This document shows, in pieces, positions 38,913-49,415 of a DNA stretch of 62,430 nucleotides. Source of the stretch: a bacterium (GTDB lineage: Bacteria; Patescibacteriota; Minisyncoccia; JAHIHE01; DAOWLE01); NCBI GenBank assembly GCA_030643545.1, contig DAOWLE010000005.1, positions 1 to 62,430 of the forward strand, read 5' to 3'. The translations under genes and the position numbers were made by a program. Each line of letters begins with the position of its first letter. Positions within the stretch are counted from its first letter, which is position 1. The notes below the pieces were generated by a model, which made no database searches, had not been told where the DNA came from, and saw nothing but the letters and a program-made list of their open reading frames with translations.

Positions 38913-39425
38913 TTAAAAAGGTATATCTTCTACTTTAATTTCATCTTTATCTTCCGGACTTGCAGAAGGTTCTTCCACTTGGATAATCGGAACCTCTTCT
39001 TTATTTTCTTCCGGTTTGGCTGGATTGTTTGCCGGCTTGTTTGAAAAATTTGAAGGGCCTGAAGGCGCTGGAGCGTATCCGCCGCCGCCTTCACCTCTTG
39101 GCCTTTGTCCCATCTGCATATTTTCCATAATAATTTCAGTTCTGTTTCTGCGGACTCCGTCCTGTCCTTCCCAATTTCTTGTTTCAATTCTTCCGTCAAT
39201 ATAAACTTCCTGGCCTTTAGTCAAATACTGCCCGCAAATTTCTCCAAGTTTTCCCCAAGCGACAATATTATGAAATTCTGTTTTCTCCTGTTTCTCGCCT
39301 TCAGCGTTTTTCCATGTCGTATTGTTTGCAATGCTAAAAGAAGTAACTTGCTTCCCGGAAGTTGTTGTTCTGACTTCCGGATCCCGGGTCAATCTCCCGA
39401 TAAGAATTGCTTTGTTAAGATTCAT
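38913..39425 (-). CDS. ssb: Single-stranded DNA-binding protein
   Basis: NKAILIGRLTRDPE, acidic EDIPF C-terminus. Confidence 0.97.
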   Translation of the reverse strand: MNLNKAILIGRLTRDPEVRTTTSGKQVTSFSIANNTTWKNAEGEKQEKTEFHNIVAWGKLGEICGQYLTKGQEVYIDGRIETRNWEGQDGVRRNRTEIIMENMQMGQRPRGEGGGGYAPAPSGPSNFSNKPANNPAKPEENKEEVPIIQVEEPSASPEDKDEIKVEDIPF

Positions 39426-39446
39426 AAATTTAATTTTATCTAATTT

Positions 39447-40094
39447 TTAAATATCTAAAATTTTATCTAATTTTTCCTGAATATCTTCTAACTTTATTTT
39501 TTTCTTCTTTTTGGCTTTTGGCTTGTCTTCGCCTTCTGATTTTTCAGATTCGTCTTCCTGCGCATCCTCTGAAACTGGCTCTGAAATTTCTTCCGTTTTT
39601 TCTTCTGTCTTATCTTTTAATTCTTCTTTTTCTATTTCATCTGGAAGCAATATTTCTTTCTTGATTTTTCTTTCCCTTATTTTTTTTGGTTTTCTGGTTT
39701 CTTTCTTAACAATCAAGTATCGTAAAACTATTTCTTCAAGCCGCAATTTGTCTTCTAAAATTTCAATCTTAAGCGGTTCAAGTTCAAAGTCAATTGTCGC
39801 GTAATAAGCGTTCTTAACTTGCCCGATCGGATAAGCTAATTTTTTTCTGGTAAAAAATTGTTCGCTTTTATTTTCTTGCTTCTGAACATTTTGCCTGTCT
39901 TCATCCTGATTTTGCTTTTTGGCATTTTCTTTTCTGTCCCTGCCAAACATCTCAAAATCAGCGACGCTTTTTAATGTTTCGCTTATCTTGCCCTCATTTT
40001 TTTTAATCAGTTCTAATATTTCATTATGAATCGCTTCAAGTTTATTTTTTTCTATATCAGAGCTGATTATATAAGTAAGTTCGTATTTAGCCAT
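39447..40094 (-). CDS. rpsF: 30S ribosomal protein S6, with internal insertion and long acidic tail
   Basis: YELTYII, KKLAYPI, VLRYLIVK; rpsF-ssb-rpsR gene order. Confidence 0.88.
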   Translation of the reverse strand: MAKYELTYIISSDIEKNKLEAIHNEILELIKKNEGKISETLKSVADFEMFGRDRKENAKKQNQDEDRQNVQKQENKSEQFFTRKKLAYPIGQVKNAYYATIDFELEPLKIEILEDKLRLEEIVLRYLIVKKETRKPKKIRERKIKKEILLPDEIEKEELKDKTEEKTEEISEPVSEDAQEDESEKSEGEDKPKAKKKKKIKLEDIQEKLDKILDI

Positions 40095-40168
40095 AATTAT
40101 AATGCAAATAATACAAATAAATGCTAATGATGCAAATATGTTAATGCTGTTTGTTCTGATTATTTAAA

Positions 40169-40197
40169 AGTATATCAAATCTCTTTTTATCTGTCAA
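40169..40197 (-). promoter_or_regulatory. Sigma70 promoter for rpsF-ssb-rpsR
   Basis: TTGACA-17 nt-TATACT with TG extension on the minus strand. Confidence 0.65.
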
Positions 40198-40227
40198 ATA
40201 TAACTTGTATAATTTATTAAATCTTTT

Positions 40228-41763
40228 TTACATCCCGTCTCTTTCTTCTTTTCTCCTGTACTGAATCGCTTCGGCGAGGTGTTGAACCTGGATATTTTCT
40301 TCTTTGGATAAATCAGCGATTGTTCTGGCTAATTTTAAAATCCGGTGATAAGCCCGAGCTGAAAGCAAAAGCTGGTTGACCGCGTTTTTTAAAATTTCCT
40401 GCCCTTTGTTGTCAATCTGGCAAAAATCTTTAATCACTTGAGGGTTCATTTCCGCGTTAGCGGAGATTTTTAATTTCTTAAATCTTTTTTCCTGGATTTT
40501 TCTCGCTTCCTGAACTCGCTTTTGAATATCGTCTGACGATTCCGATACTTTTTCCGAAGAAAGTTTTTCAAATTTAACGCGAGGCACTTCAACACAAAGA
40601 TCAATCCTGTCCAAAAGAGGGCCGGAAATTCTCTTTTGATAATTTATAATCTGCGAGGGGCTGCATCGGCATTCTTTTTCCGGATCAGTTAAAAATCCGC
40701 ACGGGCAGGGATTCATGCTGGCGATCAAACTGAAATTTGCCGGAAAAGTCAAACTTCCCTGCGCCCGGGAAATAGTTACCGCTCCATTTTCCAACGGCTG
40801 GCGAAGGTTTTCTAAAACATGGCGTGGAAATTCAGGAAGCTCGTCAAGGAAAAGAATTCCGCGATGAGACAAGCTCACTTCTCCCGGTCTTGGAAATTGT
40901 CCGCCGCCGATTAAAGCAATCGCGCTTGCCGAATGATGCGGACTCCTGAACGGCCTTTGTTTTATTAAAGGATTTTCCTGAGGCAGGATTCCGGCAACGC
41001 TGTAAATTTTTGTCACTTCCAAAATTTCTTCTTTAGTCATTTTCGGCAGGATTCCGGGAATCGCTTTTGCCAGCATCGTCTTTCCTGATCCCGGCGGACC
41101 GCTCATTAAAACATTGTGCGAGCCAGCCGCGGCAATCTCCAAAGCGCGCTTGGCATTCTCCTGTCCTTTAATATAAGCCATATCATATTCAGGCAAAATA
41201 TTTTCTTTTGAAAAAAAATCTCCTGTTTTTTTCAAAGGAGAAATTAAAGTCGGTCCAAATAAATGCGAAAGAAGCTGATTTAAATTTTCCACCGGAAAAA
41301 TTTCCAGATTATCAACCAAAGCTGCTTCTTGAGCGTTTGCTTTTGGAAGAAAAATTTTCTTAAAGCCCTTTTGTCTGGCAAATATGCTTATCGGAAGAAT
41401 TCCATGCGTTGGCCGTAGCCTGCCGTCAAGCGACAGCTCTCCGACAAAAAGAGAATCATCTATTATTTCAATCGGTTTTTGTCGCGAAGTCGCTAAAATA
41501 GTTCCTAAAGCGATCGGCAAATCATAAATCGGCCCTTCTTTTTTAATGTCAGCCGGCGCTAAATTAATTGTCAGCCGCGAAGTTGGAAAATGAACGCCGC
41601 TGTTTTTTATCGCTGATCTGACTCTTTCTTTCGCTTCCTGAACAGCCGCGTCAGGCAATCCGACAACAACTGTTGACCCCAATCCGGCGGATACATCAAC
41701 TTCTATTTCAACAAGCTGAGCGTCTAATCCGATCACCGCGCATGATTTTGTTTTAGAAAGCAT
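40228..41763 (-). CDS. comM: YifB/ComM family AAA+ ATPase (competence helicase)
   Basis: VGLPD..E..ERVR, NLAPAD, GPPGSGKT, PFRSPHH, LFLDE, SGPLLDRID. Confidence 0.93.
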   Translation of the reverse strand: MLSKTKSCAVIGLDAQLVEIEVDVSAGLGSTVVVGLPDAAVQEAKERVRSAIKNSGVHFPTSRLTINLAPADIKKEGPIYDLPIALGTILATSRQKPIEIIDDSLFVGELSLDGRLRPTHGILPISIFARQKGFKKIFLPKANAQEAALVDNLEIFPVENLNQLLSHLFGPTLISPLKKTGDFFSKENILPEYDMAYIKGQENAKRALEIAAAGSHNVLMSGPPGSGKTMLAKAIPGILPKMTKEEILEVTKIYSVAGILPQENPLIKQRPFRSPHHSASAIALIGGGQFPRPGEVSLSHRGILFLDELPEFPRHVLENLRQPLENGAVTISRAQGSLTFPANFSLIASMNPCPCGFLTDPEKECRCSPSQIINYQKRISGPLLDRIDLCVEVPRVKFEKLSSEKVSESSDDIQKRVQEARKIQEKRFKKLKISANAEMNPQVIKDFCQIDNKGQEILKNAVNQLLLSARAYHRILKLARTIADLSKEENIQVQHLAEAIQYRRKEERDGM

Positions 41764-41771
41764 ATTTCAGA

Positions 41772-41828
41772 TTTACCCTGTTAAATAATTTTTGCTTTGC
41801 AAAAATTGCTTTGCATTTAACAGGGTAA
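41772..41828. repeat. Intergenic inverted-repeat element
   Basis: TTTACCCTGTTAAAT ... ATTTAACAGGGTAAA with an inner TTTTTGC/GCAAAAA hairpin. Confidence 0.6.
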
Positions 41829-41853
41829 AAAATTAAAAATGAAAATATTTATG

Positions 41854-42879
41854 TTAATTTTCTTCCTGAGACGCTTTTTTTATTTGATCTAAAATTTCTT
41901 TAGCCGCTTTTGGATTTTCTTTAAAATATTTTTTTGAACCCTCAATTCCCTGTCCAAGTTTTTGGTCTTTCCATGTATACCAGGAGCCGGATTTTTTAAC
42001 TATTCCGTAATTTACCGCCGTGTTAATAATGTCGCCAAGGCGGGAAATTCCTTCATTGTACATAATGTCAAATTCCGCGGTTTTAAACGGAGGAGCAACT
42101 TTATTTTTGACTATTTTAACTTTAACTCTATTGCCGATGCTTTCATCTCCTTGTTTTATCTGGGCCGCGCGCCGCATTTCAATTCTTACCGAAGAATAAA
42201 ATTTCAGCGCTTTTCCGCCGGGAGTTGTTTCCGGATTTCCAAAAACCATTCCGATTTTCAAACGCGTTTGGTTAATAAAAATAACCGCCGTGTTGGTCTT
42301 GCTGACAATGCCGGTTAGTTTTCTAAGCGCCTGGGACATTAAGCGCGCCTGAAGCCCCATATGAACATCACCCATCTCACCTTCAATTTCCGCCCGCGGA
42401 GTCAAAGCAGCGACTGAATCAATAATGACCACGCTCACCGCGCCGGAGCGGACTAATGTTTCAACAATTTCCAAGGCCTGTTCTCCGGTATCCGGCTGGG
42501 AAACTAAAAGTTCATTTGTTTTCACTCCGATTTTTTTGGCGTATTCCGGATCCAAAGCGTGTTCAGCATCAACAAAAGCGGCAACTTTTCCTTTTTTTTG
42601 CGTTTCCGCGGCAATATGCAAACTCAAAGTTGTTTTGCCGCTTGCTTCTCCGCCATAAATTTCAATAACTCTTCCGTGAGGAATTCCGCCAATTCCCAAA
42701 GCCAAGTCCAATGAAATTGAGCCGGTCGGGATAACATCAACATCAACTTTTTTTGTTTCGCCTAATCTCATAATCGCTCCTTCACCGAATTTATCTTTAA
42801 TTTCCATTAACGCTTCATCAATTGATTTTTTGCTCCCGTCTGTATCGCGGGCAGAATTTTTTTCTTCTTGTTTTGACAT
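41854..42879 (-). CDS. recA: Recombinase RecA
   Basis: [37 protein letters not shown]. Confidence 0.99.
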   Translation of the reverse strand: MSKQEEKNSARDTDGSKKSIDEALMEIKDKFGEGAIMRLGETKKVDVDVIPTGSISLDLALGIGGIPHGRVIEIYGGEASGKTTLSLHIAAETQKKGKVAAFVDAEHALDPEYAKKIGVKTNELLVSQPDTGEQALEIVETLVRSGAVSVVIIDSVAALTPRAEIEGEMGDVHMGLQARLMSQALRKLTGIVSKTNTAVIFINQTRLKIGMVFGNPETTPGGKALKFYSSVRIEMRRAAQIKQGDESIGNRVKVKIVKNKVAPPFKTAEFDIMYNEGISRLGDIINTAVNYGIVKKSGSWYTWKDQKLGQGIEGSKKYFKENPKAAKEILDQIKKASQEEN

Positions 42880-43011
42880 AATTTTTTTCTCCTTTTTAAA
42901 ATTAAATGCTTCTTAATTTTATTTTACCATAATTAAAATTTTACGGCAATTTTTATATTTTGTGTTTGTTGGATATGTGCTATATTTAAATTAGAAAAGA
43001 TATAAAAAAAT

Positions 43012-44286
43012 ATGTTTAAAAAAATAATTCTAAAAAACGGTTTGCGGATAATTATGGCGCCGATGAAAGGCACGGAAACAGCCACTGTTTTGGTTTTGAT
43101 TAAAGCCGGCTCGCGATATGAAAAAGAAAAAGAAAACGGTTTGGCGCATTTTATAGAGCATATGTTCACTAAAGGAACAAAAAAGCGGCCAACTGCTTTA
43201 GATGTTACGAAAAAATTAGACGAGATCGGCGCGAATTATAATCAGTTCATTTCCAAAGAATTTACCGGTTATTACGCAAAAGCGGCAAAAGAACATTTGG
43301 AACTGACAATTAATATTATTTCTGATATGCTGATTAATTCAAAATTTTCCGCCAAAGAAATTGAAAAAGAAAAAGGAGTGATTGTTGAGGAAATAAATAT
43401 GTATGAAGATATGCCGATGTATCTGATCGGCGATCTTTTTGAAAAATTATTATATCCGTCAAATTCTCTCGGCAGGACAATTTTGGGAACAAAAGAAAAT
43501 GTGATGAATTTTCAAAGAAAAGATTTTTTAAATTTTTTCAACAGCCATTATTATGGCGTAAATTCTGCAGTAATTATCGCGGGAAATTTTTCCGAAAAGA
43601 AAATTATCAAACTTGCAGAGAAATATTTTTTGGGAATGAAAAAAAATGTCCGCAATGACGATAAAAAAAATTTTCAATCTAAAAAAATCCAAAAGTATCC
43701 GCAAGTTTTATTAAAATATAAAAAGACAGACCAGTCCCATCTTCATTTGGGATTTAGGGGCTATAATATTTTTCATCCGGACAAATATGTTTTGAATATT
43801 TTAGCCGTGATTTTGGGCGGTTATTTCAGCTCAAGAATCGTCCACTCATTGAGAGAAAAACAAGGACTGGCTTACTATGTTGAAACAGAAGCGGAATATT
43901 ATACTGACACCGGATATTTGGTCACCCGAGCTGGAGTTCCGAATGATAAAGTTGAAAAAGCGATTAAAATTATTTTAAAAGAATATAAGAAAATTATTTC
44001 CGGAAAAATTTCTGAAACGGAAATTCAGCGGGCAAAAAAACATATTAAAGGAAAAACAATAATCGCTTTGGAATCTTCCGGCGAAATGGCAAATTGGATC
44101 GGTTCGCAGGAAATTTTGAAAGAAAAAATTTTGACTTTAAAGCAGATTTTTGCTAAAATTGATAGAGTTAAAAGAAAAGACATTCAAAAAACCGCTAAAG
44201 AAATTTTTGTTCCAAAAAAACTTAATTTGGCTTTAATAGGACCGTTTAAGGATAAAAGAAAATTTGAGAAACTACTTAACATTTAA
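43012..44286 (+). CDS. M16-family zinc peptidase
   Basis: GSRYE..GLAHFIEHM inverted zinc motif, LREKQGLAY. Confidence 0.93.
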   Translation: MFKKIILKNGLRIIMAPMKGTETATVLVLIKAGSRYEKEKENGLAHFIEHMFTKGTKKRPTALDVTKKLDEIGANYNQFISKEFTGYYAKAAKEHLELTINIISDMLINSKFSAKEIEKEKGVIVEEINMYEDMPMYLIGDLFEKLLYPSNSLGRTILGTKENVMNFQRKDFLNFFNSHYYGVNSAVIIAGNFSEKKIIKLAEKYFLGMKKNVRNDDKKNFQSKKIQKYPQVLLKYKKTDQSHLHLGFRGYNIFHPDKYVLNILAVILGGYFSSRIVHSLREKQGLAYYVETEAEYYTDTGYLVTRAGVPNDKVEKAIKIILKEYKKIISGKISETEIQRAKKHIKGKTIIALESSGEMANWIGSQEILKEKILTLKQIFAKIDRVKRKDIQKTAKEIFVPKKLNLALIGPFKDKRKFEKLLNI

Positions 44287-44297
44287 TAAAAAAAATT

Positions 44298-45353
44298 ATG
44301 AGTCAACATATTGAAATTTCGTCAAGAACAATTTTTTTGACAGTCCTTGTTATTCTGGGACTAATTCTTTTATTTGTCATCAGAGACATTTTACTGCTTT
44401 TAATTTTATCAGCAGTAATCGCCATTGCTTTTGATCCTCTAATCGAATACTTGCAAAAGCGAAAAATTCCCCGCTTAATCGGGGTTTCCTTGATTTATTT
44501 TGCCTCGCTTTTCTTTTTAGCTTTAACCTGCTTTTTGATTATTCCGCCAGTTATTGAACAAGCAAAACAATTGAGTTCAAATTTTCCTCACTACATGGAT
44601 AAATTTTTGGACAGTTTTGAGTTTCTTAAAAATATTCTTTTGGAGCGTAATTTAATCAGCGCTCAGGAAGAATTTTCTGAAAAAATAATCGGTTTTTTTG
44701 AAAAAGGATATTTTGAAAAAGGAGCAGTCGGACTTTTCACTTTCACTTTAAATGTTTTTAACAGTTTTATTTTTATCGGCACTGCTATTGTTGTTTCTTT
44801 TTTTCTGGCTTTGGAAAAAGGGTCAATTAAAAAATTCATCCAGTTTTTTATTCCGGAAAAGCGACATTTTTTCGCAACGAGATTATTGGATAATCTCAAA
44901 ATAAAAATGGGAAGGTGGATTCTTGGACAGCTATTACTTAGTTTTTTAATCGGCATAACTGTTTTTATCGCGCTTTCTATTCTGGGGGTTCCTTATGCTT
45001 TGCTTTTGGGATTGTTAGCCGGACTTTTGGACATTATTCCTTATCTCGGACCAGTAGCGGCAACAATCCCCGCGGTTTTTATTGGTTTCTTGATTTCACC
45101 TTGGATCGGACTAACTGTTCTCTTGCTTTATGCCGCAGTTCAAATTATTGAAAATTTAGCTGTCCGTCCGATATTATTTTCAAAAACAATCGGGCTAAAT
45201 CCAGTATTGGTGATTGTTTCTTTTATCATCGGCGCAAAATTAGCCGGAATCATTGGAATGCTTTTAGCCATTCCAATGGCAATTGTTTTAATGGAATTTG
45301 TTAAATTAAAAAAAAATAATTTTGATAAAACTGAAAAAAAACCCGATTTTTAA
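44298..45353 (+). CDS. AI-2E family transporter
   Basis: Multi-TM; IPYLGP, QIIEN..RP, LNPV, GMLLAIP. Confidence 0.9.
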   Translation: MSQHIEISSRTIFLTVLVILGLILLFVIRDILLLLILSAVIAIAFDPLIEYLQKRKIPRLIGVSLIYFASLFFLALTCFLIIPPVIEQAKQLSSNFPHYMDKFLDSFEFLKNILLERNLISAQEEFSEKIIGFFEKGYFEKGAVGLFTFTLNVFNSFIFIGTAIVVSFFLALEKGSIKKFIQFFIPEKRHFFATRLLDNLKIKMGRWILGQLLLSFLIGITVFIALSILGVPYALLLGLLAGLLDIIPYLGPVAATIPAVFIGFLISPWIGLTVLLLYAAVQIIENLAVRPILFSKTIGLNPVLVIVSFIIGAKLAGIIGMLLAIPMAIVLMEFVKLKKNNFDKTEKKPDF

Positions 45354-45414
45354 AAGCTATTAGCATGTTTCTTTTCGTTATATTTTAAAAAAATAAAGAT
45401 AAAATTAGAAAACA

Positions 45415-46452
45415 ATGGAATTAAATTTTTATCTTATCTTTGAAATCTTAGTTATAGTGTCCTTTCTGCTTATTTTTTCAAGGGCTGTTTATCAGAAAAA
45501 CAGACAAACTATTTTTGAACTTTTAGCTGCTTTTGCTTTTGGCTTGTTGTTGGAAATCGCTAATATACATTTTTTTCATACTTATTATTATAGCGATCAA
45601 TTTTTATTAAGAATTTTTGATGCGCCTATAGCAGTTGGTCTGGGCTGGGCAGTAATTATTTATAGCGCTATGCTCTTATCAGACCAATATAGAATTTCTT
45701 GGACAATTAAACCTGTCTTTGACGCTTTTACCGCATTAGTTTTGGATTTATCTATGGACGCAGTGGCTATTAGATTGAATTTTTGGCATTGGAAGATTCC
45801 TCTTGACCAAGAATGGTATGGCGTTCCTTTCGAAAATTTATTTGGCTGGATTGCTGTTGTTTTTATTTTTTCCTTTATTATCCGTTTTATCCGGACTCTC
45901 AACCCTAAAAGATTTTTGACTAAAATACTCCAATGCTTTAGTCCTTTAATTGCTTACGGTTTTTTATTTCTTGGATTAAATCTTTTTTTGATATTAGTTA
46001 TTGCTCCTTTCCAAATCAATTATTTAGGCGATTGGTCTCACCTTTCTAATTTGTGTTTTAAACAAGATGTTACTATCATCTATCATCCCCAAGTGCAATT
46101 TTGGAAAATGGTTATTTTAATTATCCTTGTCGTAGAGATGATTAATGTTATGGCTTATAAGGTCTTAAAATCCAAAAATATTATTCAATGGCATTTTGAT
46201 ATTCTTTCCTTTAGTATTTTAACGGCCATGCATTTATTTTTTATGATTAGTCTAATAATAACTAATATTTATCAAACTTTGCCTTTTTTGCTTGTTATGG
46301 CAATTTTTATGTTTTTAATCCATTTGGCTTTGCATTTTGCGCCTTTGTTTTTACAAAAAGAAAAACATATCTATTTTTTTAAAAAAATTTCGCCTCAAAT
46401 CATTAAAACTAAAAAGCAGATAGAAACCATTATCGAATCTAATCTAAAGTAA
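45415..46452 (+). CDS. DUF422/CruF-like (carotenoid biosynthesis family) membrane protein
   Basis: YYY..P..VGLGW, DLSMDAVA...WHW, YGVPFENLFGW. Confidence 0.65.
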   Translation: MELNFYLIFEILVIVSFLLIFSRAVYQKNRQTIFELLAAFAFGLLLEIANIHFFHTYYYSDQFLLRIFDAPIAVGLGWAVIIYSAMLLSDQYRISWTIKPVFDAFTALVLDLSMDAVAIRLNFWHWKIPLDQEWYGVPFENLFGWIAVVFIFSFIIRFIRTLNPKRFLTKILQCFSPLIAYGFLFLGLNLFLILVIAPFQINYLGDWSHLSNLCFKQDVTIIYHPQVQFWKMVILIILVVEMINVMAYKVLKSKNIIQWHFDILSFSILTAMHLFFMISLIITNIYQTLPFLLVMAIFMFLIHLALHFAPLFLQKEKHIYFFKKISPQIIKTKKQIETIIESNLK

Positions 46453-46559
46453 AATATTATTTTAGCAGCAGAAAGAAAATTCCGTGAAAGCGAAAATCTA
46501 TTGCTTCGTTATATCTTTGAAAAATTATCTATAATATCAATATATCCTAATAACACTTT

Positions 46560-47906
46560 ATGACAAAAACAAAATATGACGCAATAATAATCGGTGCTGG
46601 GATTAGCGGACTTTTAATGGCATTGGCTTTGTGCAAAGAGAAAAAGAATGTTTTGATAATTGAAAAAAATAGTCATCTTGGAGGAAATTGCCGCACTTAC
46701 GAAATAGGCGGTTATCATATGGATACTGGCCTTCACGCCATTACTGAATTATCTAATGGCCCCTTGAAAATCTTAATGGACAGATATTTTTCTGTTGTTC
46801 CAAAATTTACGCCGTTTGGATTATATTACGCGCGCTGGCAAAATAAACTGCAAGAAATTCCATTGACACTTACTCAATTGTCTTTTTTTGATATTCTTTC
46901 TAAACGGGACAGAATTCTTTTAGCAGGAGCGATGATAGACACTGTCGCTAATTCTTCCTTGAATAAAAACGCGCTTAAAAAAAGCGTTTATGATTATATA
47001 AAAAATTATAGTTTCTCTGCAAAATCGCTTAAATTTATAGATACGATTTGTTATTTTCTTAGCGGTAAATCAATGGAAGAAACTCCAGTTTGGAGAATTC
47101 TTAGCGGTTCTGATTATGTTGACGAGAACGACAAAAGCGTAAAAATGCATTTTAAAAAAATAATTAAATTTGTCAGACATAGTGGTCATAGTTCACATGG
47201 TTATCCGTTGGGAGGAATTCAGGGTATCACTGCGTCAGTTTTGAATTCCATGCCAAAGAACAGAATAACTTTTAAAACTAATGAAAAAGCAATTGAGCTC
47301 ATTATTAAAAATAATAAAATAAAAGGAGTTCAAACTGATAAAGAAATTTATTCAACTAATACTGTTATTTACTCGGGATTTGTTAAAAATCTTCCTAATT
47401 TAACAAATAAACTTAGTAAAAAATATAAGTCCAAACTTCAAAAAATTAAACAGACGAAAAGCTTTACCCTTTGGTTAGGATTAAAAAGCAAAATGCCAGA
47501 GTTTTCATATTTGGGATCAGAAGTATATTTTGACACGCCGACTCCTTATTGGGCGATTCCTGTTTCAAATTTTGATTCCAATTTGGCTCCCAAAAACAAG
47601 CAGCTTGTCGGATTTACAACTATTTTAAAAGAGGACGATTCAAAAAAACAGCTTTATAAATTAAAACGCGCCATTTTTTCCGCCTTGCCAAATATTGAAA
47701 AAAATATTGAATTTGAGCATATCCAAATTACCATTCCTGAAAAAGCGGCAATTACGGTCGGCGTGAAATTCCCTTCGCCGAAATCCCCAATTCAGGGACT
47801 TTACCTTGTTGGAACTGATACTAATATGAAAAGTATGGGCATCACCAGAGCATCGTATTCGGTTTTGGATGCTTTGGAGTTTATGAAAAGGGATAGAGTG
47901 ATTTGA
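46560..47906 (+). CDS. FAD-dependent oxidoreductase, phytoene-dehydrogenase-like
   Basis: DAIIIGAGISGL, EK..LGG, DTGLH, YPLGG, GLYLVG. Confidence 0.8.
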   Translation: MTKTKYDAIIIGAGISGLLMALALCKEKKNVLIIEKNSHLGGNCRTYEIGGYHMDTGLHAITELSNGPLKILMDRYFSVVPKFTPFGLYYARWQNKLQEIPLTLTQLSFFDILSKRDRILLAGAMIDTVANSSLNKNALKKSVYDYIKNYSFSAKSLKFIDTICYFLSGKSMEETPVWRILSGSDYVDENDKSVKMHFKKIIKFVRHSGHSSHGYPLGGIQGITASVLNSMPKNRITFKTNEKAIELIIKNNKIKGVQTDKEIYSTNTVIYSGFVKNLPNLTNKLSKKYKSKLQKIKQTKSFTLWLGLKSKMPEFSYLGSEVYFDTPTPYWAIPVSNFDSNLAPKNKQLVGFTTILKEDDSKKQLYKLKRAIFSALPNIEKNIEFEHIQITIPEKAAITVGVKFPSPKSPIQGLYLVGTDTNMKSMGITRASYSVLDALEFMKRDRVI

Positions 47907-47950
47907 TTTGCTTTTTTTCGTTAATTTATAAAACAATAAAAAATAAATTT

Positions 47951-49180
47951 ATGTTTGAGCCATTTACATCCGCTTTTGAAATTTATCGCCAGATTTGGTG
48001 GATTATTACACCGATATTTCTTTGGTTTGCTTTTAAAATGGTTTGGATGAATTATATCTGGGATAAATACGGCGATGAAATGAATTATATTCTTTTGGAA
48101 ATAAAAGTGCCGCGGCTGATTGAAAAAAGCCCGAAAATAATGGAACAAATTTTCAATTCGCTTTGGAGCGTTGAAGGAATTCACATTGATACTATTTTTG
48201 ATGAATATGTTAAAGGCGCTTTTCCATATTCTTACAGTTTGGAAGTGGTGAGTTTTGAAGGAGAGATCCATTTTTATATTTACGCGTCAGATGATTTAAG
48301 AAGCAATATTGAAGGAGCGATTTACGCTCAATACCCGGACGCGGAAATATTTGAAGTTGAAGATTACATTAACAGAGTTCCAAATAGAATTCCCAACAAA
48401 GAATATGATCTTTGGGGAACAGAAATGATTCTGGGAAAAGATGACGCTTATCCGATCAAAACTTATTCCAAAATGGAAGATCCAATAACAAAAACAATTA
48501 TTGATCCGATTGGTACTCTTGTTGAAAATTATGGAAAACTTAGCGAGGGCGAGCAAATTTGGATGCAAGTGTTAGTTCGTCCGATTAATGACGATTGGAA
48601 AGAAGGCGGAATAAAATTAGCCGCTGATTTAATTGGCAAAAAAGCGAAAAAGAAACCTAAAACAATAATGAAAATGCTTGTTGAAGAATTTAGTAGCATT
48701 GCTTCTCCAGCGCCCTCAGAAGAAAAAAAAGAAGATGATGTGCCGAGCTTGATGCTTTATTTATCTCCGGGAGAAAGAGAAGTTGTTGAAGCGGTGGAAA
48801 AAAATATCAGCCAAAAGGGTTTTGAAACAAGAATTCGCTGGATGTATATTGCTAAGAGTGATATTTTCTTTAAGCCAAAAGGAGTCGGATTGGCAATGAG
48901 CCCGTTCTATCTTTTTAGCACGCTTGACTTAAATACTTTCAAAGTTGATGGACGGACAAAGACAAGTGCTTATTATGTTTTTACTGATTCGCGAAAAGCG
49001 TATAGAAAAATTCGGCTTCTTAATAAATATAAAAATAGGGATTTTTCCGAAAAAGGATATGTTTTGAGCGTTGAAGAATTAGCGACTCTCTATCACTTTC
49101 CATCTATTGAAGTTAAAGCTCCTGGAGTTGCTCATGTTGAAGCGAAAAAAGTTGAACCACCGCCAGAACTGCCGATATAG
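47951..49180 (+). CDS. Conserved CPR protein resembling the N-terminal region of VirD4/TraD-associated proteins
   Basis: TM then LLEIKVP..KSPKIMEQIF, IYAQYPDAEI, YPIKTY, EELATLYHFP. Confidence 0.55.
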   Translation: MFEPFTSAFEIYRQIWWIITPIFLWFAFKMVWMNYIWDKYGDEMNYILLEIKVPRLIEKSPKIMEQIFNSLWSVEGIHIDTIFDEYVKGAFPYSYSLEVVSFEGEIHFYIYASDDLRSNIEGAIYAQYPDAEIFEVEDYINRVPNRIPNKEYDLWGTEMILGKDDAYPIKTYSKMEDPITKTIIDPIGTLVENYGKLSEGEQIWMQVLVRPINDDWKEGGIKLAADLIGKKAKKKPKTIMKMLVEEFSSIASPAPSEEKKEDDVPSLMLYLSPGEREVVEAVEKNISQKGFETRIRWMYIAKSDIFFKPKGVGLAMSPFYLFSTLDLNTFKVDGRTKTSAYYVFTDSRKAYRKIRLLNKYKNRDFSEKGYVLSVEELATLYHFPSIEVKAPGVAHVEAKKVEPPPELPI

Positions 49181-49185
49181 TTTTT

Positions 49186-49399
49186 AATTTCTAATTTTCA
49201 ATTTTTAATTTCTATTGAATTTTTAATGACTCAATTTTCAAACAAATCTGTCATTCCCGTGAAAACGGGAATCCACTATTACAATAAACATAAATTATAT
49301 TCGTAGATTCCTGCCTGCGCAGGAATAACATTTAAAAACCGTTTAGCAATTAAAGAATTAGAAATTTAATAAAAATTAGAAATTAGAAATTGAAAATTA
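49186..49399. repeat. Nested element: AT-rich heptamer inverted repeats enclosing a GTCATTCCC REP-like doublet (49249-49330)
   Basis: Left arm AATTTCTAATTTTCAATTTTT.. is the imperfect reverse complement of right arm ..AATTAGAAATTAGAAATTGAAAATT. Confidence 0.65.
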
Positions 49400-49415
49400 T
49401 TTAACATTATTTAAG

